From NCBI RefSeq assembly GCF_009914755.1, contig NC_060939.1: 64,000 nucleotides of DNA. The stretch is one strand, 5' to 3'. The notes beneath the pieces are model-generated. The model made no database searches. It had not been told where the DNA came from and was given only the letters and a program-made list of their open reading frames with translations. Source of the DNA: the human T2T-CHM13v2.0 reference genome, Homo sapiens. A program made the position numbers and the translations under genes. This document shows, piece after piece, positions 26,501 to 39,700 of the stretch. Numbering within the stretch: the stretch's first letter is position 1; each line of letters begins with the position of its first letter.

Positions 26501-29500
26501 GACTCCAATACATTCAATTCCATTCCATCCGATTCCATTACATTCTTTTCATTTCTTATCCATTTCAAGCCATTCCACTCCATTCCATTCCACTCGTTTC
26601 CTTTCCATTCGAGTCCATTCCTCTCCAGTCCATTCCGTTCAATCCATTCCATTCCAGTCCATTCCATTCGAGTCCGTTCCATTCCAGTCCATTCCATTCG
26701 AGTCAATTCCATTCCATTCGATGTCTTTCCATAACGATCCATTCCATTCTATTCCTTTCGATTCCATTCCATTCTATTTCATTCCATTCGATTCCCTTCC
26801 ATTGGACTCCTTTCCATTCGAGTGCATTCCATTCCGTTCCATTTCTTTCCGTTCTGTACGATTCCTACCGTTCGATTTCATTTTGTTCCAGTCCATTCTT
26901 TCGCGTCCATTCCATTCCATTTCACTCCATTCGATTCCATTCCACTCGATTCCACTTCGTTCCATTTCATTGCATTCCATTCTATTCAACTCTATTGCCT
27001 TCCATTCCATTCCATTCGATTACATTCCATGCGATTCCATTCGAAATCGAATCAATTACATTGCAATCCATTACTATTGAGTCCGTTTTATTCCAGTCCA
27101 CTGCATTCTGGTCCATTCCATTTGATTCCATTCCATTCTATTCCATTCCATACAGTTGCATTTCATTGGATTCCATGCTATATCTATAAATTCAATTCGA
27201 GACCATTGCTTTTGAGTCCATTCTATATGATTCCATTCCATTCAAGTCCATTACATTTGGTTCAATTCCATTCCATTCGGTTCAATTCCATTCCATTCCA
27301 TTCCCTTCCATTCCATTCCAGTTGATATCAATCCATTCGATTCCATTCCATTCGAGCACATTCCATTCGAGTCCATTCCATTCGATGCCATTCCATTTGA
27401 TTCTATTCCATTAGTCTCCATTCAATTCCATTAATCTCCATTCCATTCCATTCTACTCCAACTGATTCCATTCCATTCTATTCCTTTCCATTCCATTTCA
27501 TTCCATTCCATTCCATTCCATTCCATTCCATTCCATTCGTGTCCATTCCACTCCAGTCCATTCCATTCGTATCCATTCCATTCCAGTCCATTCCATTTGT
27601 GTCCACTGCATTCCATTCCACTCCATTCCATATTATTCCATTACACTCCATTCCATTCTATTACTTTCATTTCCATTCAATTCCATTCCATTTGATTCCA
27701 TTCCACTCGGTTTCATTCCATTTGAGTCCACTCCATTCCATTCCATTCCATTCAGTTCCATTCCATTCTGTTCCATTCCATTCCGTTCCATTACATTCCA
27801 TTCCATTCGGTACCATTCCATATTGTTCCATTCGATTCCATTCGAATCCATTCCATTCCAGTCCATTCCATTCGATTCCATTCCATTCATTTCAATTCCA
27901 TTCCATTCCATTCCATTACATTCCACTTGATTCCTCTCCATTCCCTTCCACTGCATTCCGTTCGATTCCATTCCATTGCATTGCATTCCATTCCATTGGA
28001 TTGCATTCCATTCGATTCCATTCCATTCGAATCAATTACATAGCAATCCATTACATTCGAGTCTATTCTCTTCCGTTCCATTCGATTTCGTTCCAATCCA
28101 TTCGATTCCATTCCATTCGATTCCATTCCATACTATTGCATTCCATTCGATTACATTATATTCGAATAAGTTCCATTCAAGACCATTTCTTTTGAGTCCA
28201 TTCTATTTGAGTCCATTCCCTTTGATTCCATAACATTTGAGTCCATTCAATTCCATTCCTTTCGTTTCCATTCCATTTGATGCCATTCCATTCAATTCTG
28301 TTCTACTCGACTCCAATACATTCAATTCCATTCCATCCGATTCCATTACATTCTTTTCATTTCTTATCCATTTCAAGCCATTCCACTCCATTCCATTCCA
28401 CTCGTTTCCTTTCCATTCGAGTCCATTCCTCTCCAGTCCATTCCGTTCAATCCATTCCATTCCAGTCCATTCCATTCGAGTCCGTTCCATTCCAGTCCAT
28501 TCCATTCGAGTCAATTCCATTCCATTCGATGTCTTTCCATAACGATCCATTCCATTCTATTCCTTTCGATTCCATTCCATTCTATTTCATTCCATTCGAT
28601 TCCCTTCCATTGGACTCCTTTCCATTCGAGTGCATTCCATTCCGTTCCATTTCTTTCCGTTCTGTACGATTCCTACCGTTCGATTTCATTTTGTTCCTGT
28701 CCATTCCTTTCGCGTCCATTCCATTCCATTTCACTCCATTCGATTCCATTCCACTCGATTCCACTTCGTTCCATTTCATTGCATTCCATTCTATTCAACT
28801 CTATTGCCTTCCATTCCATTCCATTCGATTACATTCCATGCGATTCCATTCGAAATCGAATCAATTACATTGCAAACCATTACTATTGAGTCCGTTTTAT
28901 TCCAGTCCACTGCATTCTGGTCCATTCCATTTGATTCCATTCCATTCTATTCCATTCCATACAGTTGCATTCCATTGGATTCCATGCTATATCTATAAAT
29001 TCAATTCGAGACCATTGCTTTTGAGTCCATTCTATATGATTCCATTCCATTCAAGTCCATTACATTTGGTTCAATTCCATTCCATTCCATTCCCTTTCAT
29101 TCCATTCCATTTGATATCAATCCATTCGATTCCATTCCATTCGAGCACATTCCATTCGAGTCCATTCCATTCGATGCCATTCCATTTGATTCTATTCCAT
29201 TAGTCTCCATTCAATTCCATTAATCTCCATTCCATTCCATTCTACTCCAACTGATTCCATTCCATTCTATTCCTTTCCATTCCATTTCATTCCATTCCAT
29301 TCCACTCCATTCCATTCCATTCCATTCCATTCGTGTCCATTCCACTCCAGTCCATTCCATTCGTGTCCATTCCATTCCAGTCCATTCCATTTGTGTCCAC
29401 TGCATTCCATTCCACTCCATTCCATATTATTCCATTACACTCCATTCCATTCTATTACTTTCATTTCCATTCAATTCCATTCCATTTGATTCCATTCCAC

Positions 29501-32500
29501 TCGGTTTCATTCCATTTGAGTTCACTCCATTCCATTCCATTCCATTCCATTCAGTTCCATTCCATTCCGTTCCATTACATTCCATTCCATTCGGTACCAT
29601 TCCATATTGTTCCATTCGATTCCATTCGAATCCATTCCATTGCAGTCCATTCCATTCGATTCCATTCCATTCATTTCAATTCCATTCCATTCCATTCCAT
29701 TCCATTCCACTTGATTCCTCTCCATTCCCTTCCACTGCATTCCGTTCGATTCCATTCCATTGCATTGCATTCCATTCCATTGGATTGCATTCCATTCGAT
29801 TCCATTCCATTCGAATCAATTACATAGCAATCCATTACATTCGAGTCTATTCTATTCCGTTCCATTCGATTTCGTTCCAATCCATTCGATTCCATTCCAT
29901 TAGATTCCATTCCATACTATTGCATTCCATTCGATTACATTATATTCGAATAAGTTCCATTCAAGACCATTTCTTTTGAGTCCATTCTATTTGAGTCCAT
30001 TCCCTTTGATTCCATAACATTTGAGTCCATTCAATTCCATTCCTTTCGTTTCCATTCCATTTGATGCCATTCCATTCAATTCTGTTCTACTCGACTCCAA
30101 TACATTCAATTCCATTCCATCCGATTCCATTACATTCTTTTCATTTCTTATCCATTTCAAGCCATTCCACTCCATTCCATTCCACTCGTTTCCTTTCCAT
30201 TCGAGTCCATTCCTCTCCAGTCCATTCCGTTCAATCCATTCCATTCCAGTCCATTCCATTCGAGTCCGTTCCATTCCAGTCCATTCCATTCGAGTCAATT
30301 CCATTCCATTCGATGTCTTTCCATAACGATCCATTCCATTCTATTCCTTTCGATTCCATTCCATTCTATTTCATTCCATTCGATTCCCTTCCATTGGACT
30401 CCTTTCCATTCGAGTGCATTCCATTCCGTTCCATTTCTTTCCGTTCTGTACGATTCCTACCGTTCGATTTCATTTTGTTCCAGTCCATTCTTTCGCGTCC
30501 ATTCCATTCCATTTCACTCCATTCGATTCCATTCCACTCGATTCCACTTCGTTCCATTTCATTGCATTCCATTCTATTCAACTCTATTGCCTTCCATTCC
30601 ATTCCATTCGATTACATTCCATGCGATTCCATTCGAAATCGAATCAATTACATTGCAATCCATTACTATTGAGTCCGTTTTATTCCAGTCCACTGCATTC
30701 TGGTCCATTCCATTTGATTCCATTCCATTCTATTCCATTCCATACAGTTGCATTTCATTGGATTCCATGCTATATCTATAAATTCAATTCGAGACCATTG
30801 CTTTTGAGTCCATTCTATATGATTCCATTCCATTCAAGTCCATTACATTTGGTTCAATTCCATTCCATTCGGTTCAATTCCATTCCATTCCATTCCCTTC
30901 CATTCCATTCCAGTTGATATCAATCCATTCGATTCCATTCCATTCGAGCACATTCCATTCGAGTCCATTCCATTCGATGCCATTCCATTTGATTCTATTC
31001 CATTAGTCTCCATTCAATTCCATTAATCTCCATTCCATTCCATTCTACTCCAACTGATTCCATTCCATTCTATTCCTTTTTATTCCATTCCATTCCATTC
31101 CATTCCATTCCATTCGTGTCCATTCCACTCCAGTCCATTCCATTCGTATCCATTCCATTCCAGTCCATTCCATTTGTGTCCACTGCATTCCATTCCACTC
31201 CATTCCATATTATTCCATTACACTCCATTCCATTCTATTACTTTCATTTCCATTCAATTCCATTCCATTTGATTCCATTCCACTCGGTTTCATTCTATTT
31301 GAGTCCACTCCATTCCATTCCATTCCATTCAGTTCCATTCCATTCTGTTCCATTCCATTCCGTTCCATTACATTGCATTCCATTCGGTACCATGCCATAT
31401 TGTTCCATTCGATTCCATTCGAATCCATTCCATTCCAGTCCATTCCATTCGATTCCATTCCATTCATTTCAATTCCATTCCATTCCATTCCATTACATTC
31501 CACTTGATTCCTCTCCATTCCCTTCCACTGCATTCCGTTCGATTCCATTCCATTGCATTGCATTCCATTCCATTGGATTGCATTCCATTCGATTCCATTC
31601 CATTCGAATCAATTACATAGCAATCCATTACATTCGAGTCTATTCTCTTCCGTTCCATTCGATTTCGTTCCAATCCATTCGATTCCATTCCATTCGATTC
31701 CATTCCATACTATTGCATTCCATTCGATTACATTATATTCGAATAAGTTCCATTCAAGACCATTTCTTTTGAGTCCATTCTATTTGAGTCCATTCCCTTT
31801 GATTCCATAACATTTGAGTCCATTCAATTCCATTCCTTTCGTTTCCATTCCATTTGATGCCATTCCATTCAATTCTGTTCTACTCGACTCCAATACATTC
31901 AATTCCATTCCATCCGATTCCATTACATTCTTTTCATTTCTTATCCATTTCAAGCCATTCCACTCCATTCCATTCCACTCGTTTCCTTTCCATTCGAGTC
32001 CATTCCTCTCCAGTCCATTCCGTTCAATCCATTCCATTCCAGTCCATTCCATTCGAGTCCGTTCCATTCCAGTCCATTCCATTCGAGTCAATTCCATTCC
32101 ATTCGATGTCTTTCCATAACGATCCATTCCATTCTATTCCTTTCGATTCCATTCCATTCTATTTCATTCCTTTCGATTCCCTTCCATTGGACTCCTTTCC
32201 ATTCGAGTGCATTCCATTCCGTTCCATTTCTTTCCGTTCTGTACGATTCCTACCGTTCGATTTCATTTTGTTCCAGTCCATTCCTTTCGCGTCCATTCCA
32301 TTCCATTTCACTCCATTCGATTCCATTCCACTCGATTCCACTTCGTTCCATTTCATTGCATTCCATTCTATTCAACTCTATTGCCTTCCATTCCATTCCA
32401 TTCGATTACATTCCATGCGATTCCATTCGAAATCGAATCAATTACATTGCAAACCATTACTATTGAGTCCGTTTTATTCCAGTCCACTGCATTCTGGTCC

Positions 32501-35500
32501 ATTCCATTTGATTCCATTCCATTCTATTCCATTCCATACAGTTGCATTCCATTGGATTCCATGCTATATCTATAAATTCAATTCGAGACCATTGCTTTTG
32601 AGTCCATTCTATATGATTCCATTCCATTCAAGTCCATTACATTTGGTTCAATTCCATTCCATTCCATTCCCTTTCATTCCATTCCATTTGATATCAATCC
32701 ATTCGATTCCATTCCATTCGAGCACATTCCATTCGAGTCCATTCCATTCGATGCCATTCCATTTGATTCTATTCCATTAGTCTCCATTCAATTCCATTAA
32801 TCTCCATTCCATTCCATTCTACTCCAACTGATTCCATTCCATTCTATTCCTTTCCATTCCATTTCATTCCATTCCATTCCACTCCATTCCATTCCATTCC
32901 ATTCCATTCGTGTCCATTCCACTCCAGTCCATTCCATTCGTGTCCATTCCATTCCAGTCCATTCCATTTGTGTCCACTGCATTCCATTCCACTCCATTCC
33001 ATATTATTCCATTACACTCCATTCCATTCTATTACTTTCATTTCCATTCAATTCCATTCCATTTGATTCCATTCCACTCGGTTTCATTCCATTTGAGTTC
33101 ACTCCATTCCATTCCATTCCATTCCATTCAGTTCCATTCCATTCCGTTCCATTACATTCCATTCCATTCGGTACCATTCCATATTGTTCCATTCGATTCC
33201 ATTCGAATCCATTCCATTGCAGTCCATTCCATTCGATTCCATTCCATTCATTTCAATTCCATTCCATTCCATTCCATTCCATTCCACTTGATTCCTCTCC
33301 ATTCCCTTCCACTGCATTCCGTTCGATTCCATTCCATTGCATTGCATTCCATTCCATTGGATTGCATTCCATTCGATTCCATTCCATTCGAATCAATTAC
33401 ATAGCAATCCATTACATTCGAGTCTATTCTATTCCGTTCCATTCGATTTCGTTCCAATCCATTCGATTCCATTCCATTCGATTCCATTCCATACTATTGC
33501 ATTCCATTCGATTACATTATATTCGAATAAGTTCCATTCAAGACCATTTCTTTTGAGTCCATTCTATTTGAGTCCATTCCCTTTGATTCCATAACATTTG
33601 AGTCCATTCAATTCCATTCCTTTCGTTTCCATTCCATTTGATGCCATTCCATTCAATTCTGTTCTACTCGACTCCAATACATTCAATTCCATTCCATCCG
33701 ATTCCATTACATTCTTTTCATTTCTTATCCATTTCAAGCCATTCCACTCCATTCCATTCCACTCGTTTCCTTTCCATTCGAGTCCATTCCTCTCCAGTCC
33801 ATTCCGTTCAATCCATTCCATTCCAGTCCATTCCATTCGAGTCCGTTCCATTCCAGTCCATTCCATTCGAGTCAATTCCATTCCATTCGATGTCTTTCCA
33901 TAACGATCCATTCCATTCTATTCCTTTCGATTCCATTCCATTCTATTTCATTCCATTCGATTCCCTTCCATTGGACTCCTTTCCATTCGAGTGCATTCCA
34001 TTCCGTTCCATTTCTTTCCGTTCTGTACGATTCCTACCGTTCGATTTCATTTTGTTCCAGTCCATTCTTTCGCGTCCATTCCATTCCATTTCACTCCATT
34101 CGATTCCATTCCACTCGATTCCACTTCGTTCCATTTCATTGCATTCCATTCTATTCAACTCTATTGCCTTCCATTCCATTCCATTCGATTACATTCCATG
34201 CGATTCCATTCGAAATCGAATCAATTACATTGCAATCCATTACTATTGAGTCCGTTTTATTCCAGTCCACTGCATTCTGGTCCATTCCATTTGATTCCAT
34301 TCCATTCTATTCCATTCCATACAGTTGCATTTCATTGGATTCCATGCTATATCTATAAATTCAATTCGAGACCATTGCTTTTGAGTCCATTCTATATGAT
34401 TCCATTCCATTCAAGTCCATTACATTTGGTTCAATTCCATTCCATTCGGTTCAATTCCATTCCATTCCATTCCCTTCCATTCCATTCCAGTTGATATCAA
34501 TCCATTCGATTCCATTCCATTCGAGCACATTCCATTCGAGTCCATTCCATTCGATGCCATTCCATTTGATTCTATTCCATTAGTCTCCATTCAATTCCAT
34601 TAATCTCCATTCCATTCCATTCTACTCCAACTGATTCCATTCCATTCTATTCCTTTCCATTCCATTTCATTCCATTCCATTCCATTCCATTCCATTCCAT
34701 TCCATTCGTGTCCATTCCACTCCAGTCCATTCCATTCGTATCCATTCCATTCCAGTCCATTCCATTTGTGTCCACTGCATTCCATTCCACTCCATTCCAT
34801 ATTATTCCATTACACTCCATTCCATTCTATTACTTTCATTTCCATTCAATTCCATTCCATTTGATTCCATTCCACTCGGTTTCATTCCATTTGAGTCCAC
34901 TCCATTCCATTCCATTCCATTCAGTTCCATTCCATTCTGTTCCATTCCATTCCGTTCCATTACATTCCATTCCATTCGGTACCATTCCATATTGTTCCAT
35001 TCGATTCCATTCGAATCCATTCCATTCCAGTCCATTCCATTCGATTCCATTCCATTCATTTCAATTCCATTCCATTCCATTCCATTACATTCCACTTGAT
35101 TCCTCTCCATTCCCTTCCACTGCATTCCGTTCGATTCCATTCCATTGCATTGCATTCCATTCCATTGGATTGCATTCCATTCGATTCCATTCCATTCGAA
35201 TCAATTACATAGCAATCCATTACATTCGAGTCTATTCTCTTCCGTTCCATTCGATTTCGTTCCAATCCATTCGATTCCATTCCATTCGATTCCATTCCAT
35301 ACTATTGCATTCCATTCGATTACATTATATTCGAATAAGTTCCATTCAAGACCATTTCTTTTGAGTCCATTCTATTTGAGTCCATTCCCTTTGATTCCAT
35401 AACATTTGAGTCCATTCAATTCCATTCCTTTCGTTTCCATTCCATTTGATGCCATTCCATTCAATTCTGTTCTACTCGACTCCAATACATTCAATTCCAT

Positions 35501-36740
35501 TCCATCCGATTCCATTACATTCTTTTCATTTCTTATCCATTTCAAGCCATTCCACTCCATTCCATTCCACTCGTTTCCTTTCCATTCGAGTCCATTCCTC
35601 TCCAGTCCATTCCGTTCAATCCATTCCATTCCAGTCCATTCCATTCGAGTCCGTTCCATTCCAGTCCATTCCATTCGAGTCAATTCCATTCCATTCGATG
35701 TCTTTCCATAACGATCCATTCCATTCTATTCCTTTCGATTCCATTCCATTCTATTTCATTCCATTCGATTCCCTTCCATTGGACTCCTTTCCATTCGAGT
35801 GCATTCCATTCCGTTCCATTTCTTTCCGTTCTGTACGATTCCTACCGTTCGATTTCATTTTGTTCCAGTCCATTCTTTCGCGTCCATTCATTCCATTTCA
35901 CTCCATTCGATTCCATTCCACTCGATTCCACTTCGTTCCATTTCATTGCATTCCATTCTATTCAACTCTATTGCCTTCCATTCCATTCCATTCGATTACA
36001 TTCCATGCGATTCCATTCAAAATCGAATCAATTACATTGCAATCCATTACTATTGAGTCCGTTTTATTCCAGTCCACTGCATTCTGGTCCATTCCATTTG
36101 ATTCCATTCCATTCTATTCCATTCCATACAGTTGCATTCCATTGGATTCCATGCTATATCTATAAATTCAATTCGAGACCATTGCTTTTGAGTCCATTCT
36201 ATATGATTCCATTCCATTCAAGTCCATTACATTTGGTTAAATTCCATTCCATTCGGTTCAATTCCATTCCATTCCATTCCCTTCCATTCCATTCCAGTTG
36301 ATATCAATCCATTCGATTCCATTCCATTCGAGCACATTCCATTCGAGTCCATTCCATTCGATGCCATTCCATTTGATTCTATTCCATTAGTCTCCATTCA
36401 ATTCCATTAATCTCCATTCCATTCCATTCTACTCCAACTGATTCCATTCCATTCTATTCCTTTCCATTCCATTTCATTCCATTCCATTCCATTCCATTCC
36501 ATTCCATTCCATTCCATTCGTGTCCATTCCACTCCAGTCCATTCCATTCGTATCCATTCCATTCCAGTCCATTCCATTTGTGTCCACTGCATTCCATTCC
36601 ACTCCATTCCATATTATTCCATTACACTCCATTCCATTCTATTACTTTCATTTCCATTCAATTCCATTCCATTTGATTCCATTCCACTCGGTTTCATTCC
36701 ATTTGAGTCCACTCCATTCCATTCCATTCCATTCAGTTCC
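11600..36740 (+). repeat. Higher-order tandem duplication: 2 x 12,573 bp (7 monomers, ABABABC)
   Basis: The period series 1784,1808,1784,1793,1784,1808,1812 occurs twice in a row (12038->24611->37184), and diagnostic variants recur at +12,573. End coordinates are approximate (+/-40 bp). Confidence 0.92.
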
Positions 36741-39700
36741 ATTCCATTCTGTTCCATTCCATTCCGTTCCATTACATTCCATTCCATTCGGTACCATTCC
36801 ATATTGTTCCATTCGATTCCATTCGAATCCATTCCATTCCAGTCCATTCCATTCGATTCCATTCCATTCATTTCAATTCCATTCCATTCCATTCCATTAC
36901 ATTCCACTTGATTCCTCTCCATTCCCTTCCACTGCATTCCGTTCGATTCCATTCCATTGCATTGCATTCCATTCCATTGGATTGCATTCCATTCGATTCC
37001 ATTCCATTCGAATCAATTACATAGCAATCCATTACATTCGAGTCTATTCTCTTCCGTTCCATTCGATTTCGTTCCAATCCATTCGATTCCATTCCATTCG
37101 ATTCCATTCCATACTATTGCATTCCATTCGATTACATTATATTCGAATAAGTTCCATTCAAGACCATTTCTTTTGAGTCCATTCTATTTGAGTCCATTCC
37201 CTTTGATTCCATAACATTTGAGTCCATTCAATTCCATTCCTTTCGTTTCCATTCCATTTGATGCCATTCCATTCAATTCTGTTCTACTCGACTCCAATAC
37301 ATTCAATTCCATTCCATCCGATTCCATTACATTCTTTTCATTTCTTATCCATTTCAAGCCATTCCACTCCATTCCATTCCACTCGTTTCCTTTCCATTCG
37401 AGTCCATTCCTCTCCAGTCCATTCCGTTCAATCCATTCCATTCCAGTCCATTCCATTCGAGTCCGTTCCATTCCAGTCCATTCCATTCGAGTCAATTCCA
37501 TTCCATTCGATGTCTTTCCATAACGATCCATTCCATTCTATTCCTTTCGATTCCATTCCATTCTATTTCATTCCATTCGATTCCCTTCCATTGGACTCCT
37601 TTCCATTCGAGTGCATTCCATTCCGTTCCATTTCTTTCCGTTCTGTACGATTCCTACCGTTCGATTTCATTTTGTTCCAGTCCATTCTTTCGCGTCCATT
37701 CATTCCATTTCACTCCATTCGATTCCATTCCACTCGATTCCACTTCGTTCCATTTCATTGCATTCCATTCTATTCAACTCTATTGCCTTCCATTCCATTC
37801 CATTCGATTACATTCCATGCGATTCCATTCAAAATCGAATCAATTACATTGCAATCCATTACTATTGAGTCCGTTTTATTCCAGTCCACTGCATTCTGGT
37901 CCATTCCATTTGATTCCATTCCATTCTATTCCATTCCATACAGTTGCATTCCATTGGATTCCATGCTATATCTATAAATTCAATTCGAGACCATTGCTTT
38001 TGAGTCCATTCTATATGATTCCATTCCATTCAAGTCCATTACATTTGGTTAAATTCCATTCCATTCGGTTCAATTCCATTCCATTCCATTCCCTTCCATT
38101 CCATTCCAGTTGATATCAATCCATTCGATTCCATTCCATTCGAGCACATTCCATTCGAGTCCATTCCATTCGATGCCATTCCATTTGATTCTATTCCATT
38201 AGTCTCCATTCAATTCCATTAATCTCCATTCCATTCCATTCTACTCCAACTGATTCCATTCCATTCTATTCCTTTCCATTCCATTTCATTCCATTCCATT
38301 CCATTCCATTCCATTCCATTCCATTCCATTCCATTCGTGTCCATTCCACTCCAGTCCATTCCATTCGTATCCATTCCATTCCAGTCCATTCCATTTGTGT
38401 CCACTGCATTCCATTCCACTCCATTCCATATTATTCCATTACACTCCATTCCATTCTATTACTTTCATTTCCATTCAATTCCATTCCATTTGATTCCATT
38501 CCACTCGGTTTCATTCCATTTGAGTCCACTCCATTCCATTCCATTCCATTCAGTTCCATTCCATTCTGTTCCATTCCATTCCGTTCCATTACATTCCATT
38601 CCATTCGGTACCATTCCATATTGTTCCATTCGATTCCATTCGAATCCATTCCATTCCAGTCCATTCCATTCGATTCCATTCCATTCATTTCAATTCCATT
38701 CCATTCCATTCCATTACATTCCACTTGATTCCTCTCCATTCCCTTCCACTGCATTCCGTTCGATTCCATTCCATTGCATTGCATTCCATTCCATTGGATT
38801 GCATTCCATTCGATTCCATTCCATTCGAATCAATTACATAGCAATCCATTACATTCGAGTCTATTCTCTTCCGTTCCATTCGATTTCGTTCCAATCCATT
38901 CGATTCCATTCCATTCGATTCCATTCCATACTATTGCATTCCATTCGATTACATTATATTCGAATAAGTTCCATTCAAGACCATTTCTTTTGAGTCCATT
39001 CTATTTGAGTCCATTCCCTTTGATTCCATAACATTTGAGTCCATTCAATTCCATTCCTTTCGTTTCCATTCCATTTGATGCCATTCCATTCAATTCTGTT
39101 CTACTCGACTCCAATACATTCAATTCCATTCCATCCGATTCCATTACATTCTTTTCATTTCTTATCCATTTCAAGCCATTCCACTCCATTCCATTCCACT
39201 CGTTTCCTTTCCATTCGAGTCCATTCCTCTCCAGTCCATTCCGTTCAATCCATTCCATTCCAGTCCATTCCATTCGAGTCCGTTCCATTCCAGTCCATTC
39301 CATTCGAGTCAATTCCATTCCATTCGATGTCTTTCCATAACGATCCATTCCATTCTATTCCTTTCGATTCCATTCCATTCTATTTCATTCCATTCGATTC
39401 CCTTCCATTGGACTCCTTTCCATTCGAGTGCATTCCATTCCGTTCCATTTCTTTCCGTTCTGTACGATTCCTACCGTTCGATTTCATTTTGTTCCAGTCC
39501 ATTCCTTTCGCGTCCATTCCATTCCATTTCACTCCATTCGATTCCATTCCACTCGATTCCACTTCGTTCCATTTCATTGCATTCCATTCTATTCAACTCT
39601 ATTGCCTTCCATTCCATTCCATTCGATTACATTCCATGCGATTCCATTCGAAATCGAATCAATTACATTGCAAACCATTACTATTGAGTCCGTTTTATTC

